Below are positions 60,544 through 64,000 of a stretch of 64,000 nt of DNA, in pieces. Within the stretch, counting starts at the first letter, position 1. Every line of letters starts with the position of its first letter. This DNA comes from an uncultured bacterium (GTDB lineage Bacteria; Oederibacteriota; JAAXVQ01; JAUVAV01), in NCBI GenBank assembly GCA_965371665.1, contig CBDUZI010000002.1:4013-68012 (forward strand). The letters are read 5' to 3'. Under the pieces are notes generated by a model. The model did no database searches, had not been told where the DNA came from, and worked only from the letters and a program-made list of their open reading frames with translations. The translations under genes were made by a program, and so were the position numbers.

Positions 60544-61476
60544 TTATTTCCCCACTAACTGAACAAACATATTTCTCACATCATTTTCTTTACTTTTGTG
60601 AAAACGTCCTGGCAATAATTGAGGATCGATTGGCTTGTGCATCTTTTTCCTTTTGGCCAGGCTGACAGGATTATAAGGCCTTAATTCATAAGCAGAACAT
60701 TTTGCCTGCTTAAGCACTAAGGCGATGGCTTGCATGTTTTCCGTGGGCGTAGTTATATTAGGTATAAGCGGACTGGTAGCAATCATCTTTTCAGGAGCCA
60801 TTTTGCATAATTCGTTGAAATTTTTAAGAATTTTAGTATTATCTTGCTTGGTATACTGTTTGTGTTTTTCATTATTAATTATCTTAAGATCAAAATAAAC
60901 CACATCTATAAATGGAAGCAGCGTCAAACGGAATTTATCCAGATCAAACATCCCGCATGTTTGCAGGGCAATATGGATCTTATTTTGCTTAAGTATGGCC
61001 GCAACCTTGGAAAGATATTCCAGGTAAAACGTCGGTTCGCCGCCGGATAAAGTAATTCCGCCGCCGGATGTTTCATAAAATACCTTATCGCGAAGCAATT
61101 CAGTAATCAGATGATCAATCGTGTAATATTTACCTATCGTTTCCAATGATACGGTAGGACAGTGTTCGACGCACGCGCCGCAAAGAGTGCATACCTTATG
61201 GTTTACTATTTCGGGTTCAGCTAAATTGATTGCCTTGGCTTCACATACTTTTTTACAGGTTTCACAGCGTATACAGCTTTCCGGGGAAAAAACAATTTCC
61301 GGTTCAGGCGATATGGTTTCAGGATTATGGCACCATACGCAATTGAGCGGACATCCTTTAAAGAACACGGTTGTGCGAATGCCCGGACCGTCATCCAGCG
61401 CAAAGCGCTTAATATTGCTGATACATGCCTGATTACTCATGTTGGCAGTGCCGTCTCCTGCATGATTTTTTTTCAT
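60544..61476 (-). CDS. glycyl-radical-enzyme-activating-like radical SAM protein with two ferredoxin-type 4Fe-4S inserts
   Basis: FALDDGPGIRTTVFFKGCPLNCVWCHNPE (CxxxCxxC). Extra clusters CIRCETCKKVCEAKAI and CTLCGACVEHCP. No glycyl-radical enzyme is encoded in the window. Confidence 0.8.
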   Translation of the reverse strand: MKKNHAGDGTANMSNQACISNIKRFALDDGPGIRTTVFFKGCPLNCVWCHNPETISPEPEIVFSPESCIRCETCKKVCEAKAINLAEPEIVNHKVCTLCGACVEHCPTVSLETIGKYYTIDHLITELLRDKVFYETSGGGITLSGGEPTFYLEYLSKVAAILKQNKIHIALQTCGMFDLDKFRLTLLPFIDVVYFDLKIINNEKHKQYTKQDNTKILKNFNELCKMAPEKMIATSPLIPNITTPTENMQAIALVLKQAKCSAYELRPYNPVSLAKRKKMHKPIDPQLLPGRFHKSKENDVRNMFVQLVGK

Positions 61477-61499
61477 TCCTTTTTTAACACCACCCGCGC

Positions 61500-63878
61500 T
61501 CAGCGGGTGTATAAAAGCTCTAATCGTTTCATAAGGTAGGCCATTTTAAATAAATAATTCAGATTGCCGTCAAAGATAATATGCTGTTTTAATAGCGCGC
61601 TAAGTATATCGGGCTTTTCTGAAAGCACATATTTAAGCAGATTATTGATATCGGTTATTTTAATGGTTAAATCAGGTTTGTCAATACTCTTCCGAACAAC
61701 ATCCATTACGCCATTTTTAAATATTACACTTATGGGTTTTTCCAGACCATCAAGCTCAATCATGTATTGGGCATTAAAAGCATCTACCTGCTTGCGTAAA
61801 TCAGCATTAAGGAATAGATGAATTTTAACTATTTGTAACGCGTATTCAATAAGCAACCCGGCAGTATTCGGCGAAATCCCTCCGGTTATACGCGCGGTAA
61901 AACCGGCTAGTAAAAGCTTCTTTAGTACCGGCACAATATCTTCCCGGCCGTTAAAATCAACCGCATACGGCAATCCCCGGTGCAGGATTCCCACCAATGA
62001 TTTTTGGAATTTATCAAATTCATTGGGATAAATAATAATTTCTTCCGGAAGAGAAATATCCGTGCCGGTTTTTATATTCGTGCCGTGATAAGCCTGCAGA
62101 AATTTGTCCATGGTTCGTGAAAAATAGCCTGAATATGCATCTGACAAAAGCGCTGCTTGGACCGCGGGCATAAAATCAGCATTTAGCACCCGTCCCGGAA
62201 GCGGGGACGCGAATTGCTGCCGTATAAAAATAGTAATTTCCGTAGACTCAGCTCCTTTTTCCTCAAACCTGATTAAACCGTCATCATAATAGGCGGATTG
62301 GTTTTCACTAGCAACCATCCGCCAGTAAATTTCCTGATACTTTTTTCCATATCCGATATATTCGATTTTAGTGCTGTCGCTAGGCTCCGCGTCTAACCAG
62401 CATAACCAATTTGGCTGCGGCAGGACAATGGTACGCTCCACCCGTTGGATTACCCGTTTTTGCTTATCCCGGGCGATAACTTTTGAAGCGCCGCCAATAT
62501 TATCGCCCATCATCTTGACCGCGCCGCTTATAGCAACCCGCGCTTTAAATGCTTTATATGGCAGGGAGAGTATTTTTTTAAATTGCCATAACCGCGAGTT
62601 GTCTATCTTCCGATATTGCAGACCATGGTTATCGCCGGGAGTATCATCCATAAGCTCGATTAACGGCCGCAGATAATCGGCAATCGCGCGGTAATCGCCG
62701 GCGTTGTACCGGTGGGACGCAAATCCCAGCCGGCATACTTGACGCTTTACTTTTTGTTTGTCATGCAGCACGCGTTGCGAATTAACCATGGCATTAACCC
62801 GGCCGAACAATATATTTATTCCCAAAAGTCCCGGGAAGGTAAAATAACCGATACCCGGTATAAACAGCTTCCTTTGTACCGCCCGGTTTATTTGGCTATC
62901 CCAGGGATATTTAAAGGGGAATAACGCGGTATTAACTTGTTGCAGCCAGGGACGCACCATGCGGTTAACCGCTATCGATTTGTTTCGCTGCCGGGTTGCT
63001 TCCGCATAGATCGGAGAAACATTTTTCCATCCGGAATACGGCGCCGTAGCGCCGGAAATTTCATATTGCTTAGGAAGGCCGAACACCTTTAAAAGCGAGC
63101 GGTTCAAGGGCGAGATGTACGGATCGAGCCCCATTTTTAACGCGCCGACCCAATCCGCCAGAATAATATCATTACTTGCGATTAGGGTATTTGTTCTTAG
63201 GGGCTGGTTTTGCAGCGCACCCCATGTTCCATGATTGCTCACTATCGCGTCAATCACGCAAAAATCAACCGGGGTATGAGAAATAATTTCTGCCAGGACT
63301 TCGCCGGCCGGCAATCGGTATTGATATTGGTATTCTTTATCCCGCAAAGGAAGTATTCCCAGCAGAGTGTAGGCGCATAACGCGAATGAGTATTCTTCAT
63401 GGGTTTTGTTTTTACCCACACATATTCTAAAATCGGCCTGCAGCCATTGCTCGTTCATACGCGTGTCTTTGAGAATACTCTCTTTTCCGAAATGCGCATT
63501 AACCGTGTTGCGGCACACATTAATAATTTTATAATTATGGCCATCCCCGGTTTTGTATCGATAACCGGCCAAATCAGCCAACACCAAGGGATCGCGATTT
63601 TCCAGCCAAATATCATCGCTGCCAACCGACGCTCCCACAACTATGTTTGCATATCCATGCCGATGCAACAAATCAATTATCTGTTCAACCAGGCCGGGAT
63701 CGGTTCCGGTAGAGCTAAAGGCGTCATAATGTTCAAAGTCGGGCAGTATAAATATGCGTAATTCGCCGGCCGGTTTAGAGCCGGCTTGGCTTCGCTTATG
63801 AATATTTTCCCAAAATCGCGTTTTATTTAAAGCTGACTCAATATGTTTATTGGTTTCATCATTGATGACCGTTTCCAC
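61500..63878 (-). CDS. large DUF362-domain protein (about 790 aa), start uncertain (frame open to window end)
   Basis: The N-terminal third shows a DUF362-like pattern (…ICVGKNKTHEEYSFALCAYTLLG… ~ lPKlKtH..T.alKNl.G). No glycyl-radical motif. Reading frame has no stop through position 64000. Confidence 0.6.
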   Translation of the reverse strand: METVINDETNKHIESALNKTRFWENIHKRSQAGSKPAGELRIFILPDFEHYDAFSSTGTDPGLVEQIIDLLHRHGYANIVVGASVGSDDIWLENRDPLVLADLAGYRYKTGDGHNYKIINVCRNTVNAHFGKESILKDTRMNEQWLQADFRICVGKNKTHEEYSFALCAYTLLGILPLRDKEYQYQYRLPAGEVLAEIISHTPVDFCVIDAIVSNHGTWGALQNQPLRTNTLIASNDIILADWVGALKMGLDPYISPLNRSLLKVFGLPKQYEISGATAPYSGWKNVSPIYAEATRQRNKSIAVNRMVRPWLQQVNTALFPFKYPWDSQINRAVQRKLFIPGIGYFTFPGLLGINILFGRVNAMVNSQRVLHDKQKVKRQVCRLGFASHRYNAGDYRAIADYLRPLIELMDDTPGDNHGLQYRKIDNSRLWQFKKILSLPYKAFKARVAISGAVKMMGDNIGGASKVIARDKQKRVIQRVERTIVLPQPNWLCWLDAEPSDSTKIEYIGYGKKYQEIYWRMVASENQSAYYDDGLIRFEEKGAESTEITIFIRQQFASPLPGRVLNADFMPAVQAALLSDAYSGYFSRTMDKFLQAYHGTNIKTGTDISLPEEIIIYPNEFDKFQKSLVGILHRGLPYAVDFNGREDIVPVLKKLLLAGFTARITGGISPNTAGLLIEYALQIVKIHLFLNADLRKQVDAFNAQYMIELDGLEKPISVIFKNGVMDVVRKSIDKPDLTIKITDINNLLKYVLSEKPDILSALLKQHIIFDGNLNYLFKMAYLMKRLELLYTR

Positions 63879-64000
63879 TGTCGCCCGGGCCTTGGTGGTT
63901 TCGCGTTTTGCCCTATAGGGACCAGGGCTTTTATCTGAAATCGGCCGGATAAATGCGCTTGCCGGTTTATGCGGAAATTGCCGATTAATAAATATATTTG

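Noticed and set aside
61500-63878. Large protein next to the GRE-activase-like gene as the glycyl radical enzyme
   Set aside because: No C-terminal glycyl-radical motif (RVSGY-like) and no GRE barrel signatures. The N-terminus looks like DUF362 instead.

Overview
Bacterial chromosomal segment, overall roughly 50-55% GC, coding mostly on the minus strand. Reading left to right:

- **1-7.6 kb:** gltB (partial, runs off the window) with carB and carA.
- **8.1-14.7 kb:** an FAD-linked oxidase, a membrane protein, a low-GC islet carrying an HTH-HEPN-like gene, then pncA-pncB for NAD salvage.
- **14.7-15.9 kb:** a REP/RAYT remnant and two small overlapping ORFs.
- **15.9-27.9 kb:** the purine cluster purB-purS-purQ / purL-purF-purM, split by a three-gene glycosylation/membrane insert (GT2, TauE, GT-C+TPR).
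- **28.1-29.1 kb:** apbE.
- **29.4-38.7 kb:** a lower-GC defense island. It holds a three-gene minus-strand operon: a DUF4062 / RecG-C-like / wHTH fusion protein, a long McrB-like GTPase, and McrC. It also holds a YhcG-type PD-(D/E)xK nuclease and a frameshifted mltA. The island is a mosaic of duplicated segments with shared 5' leader, shared 3' HTH module and a duplicated rimI 3' end.
- **38.5-41.6 kb:** rimI-tsaB-tsaE and an AmiC-like amidase.
- **41.6-59.8 kb:** a complete dcw cluster from mraZ to ftsZ, with a STAS protein inserted between mraZ and rsmH.
- **60-64 kb:** a small zinc-ribbon protein, a glycyl-radical-activase-like radical SAM with no GRE partner, and a large DUF362 protein.

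Intergenic DNA is saturated with several MITE-like repeat families (GTCATTCC...GGAATGAC, CTAGGAGC-bounded, C5T4/A4G5 hairpins). There is also a 267-bp triple-hairpin palindrome and two copies of a promoter/leader motif. No rRNA, tRNA or CRISPR array was recognised.
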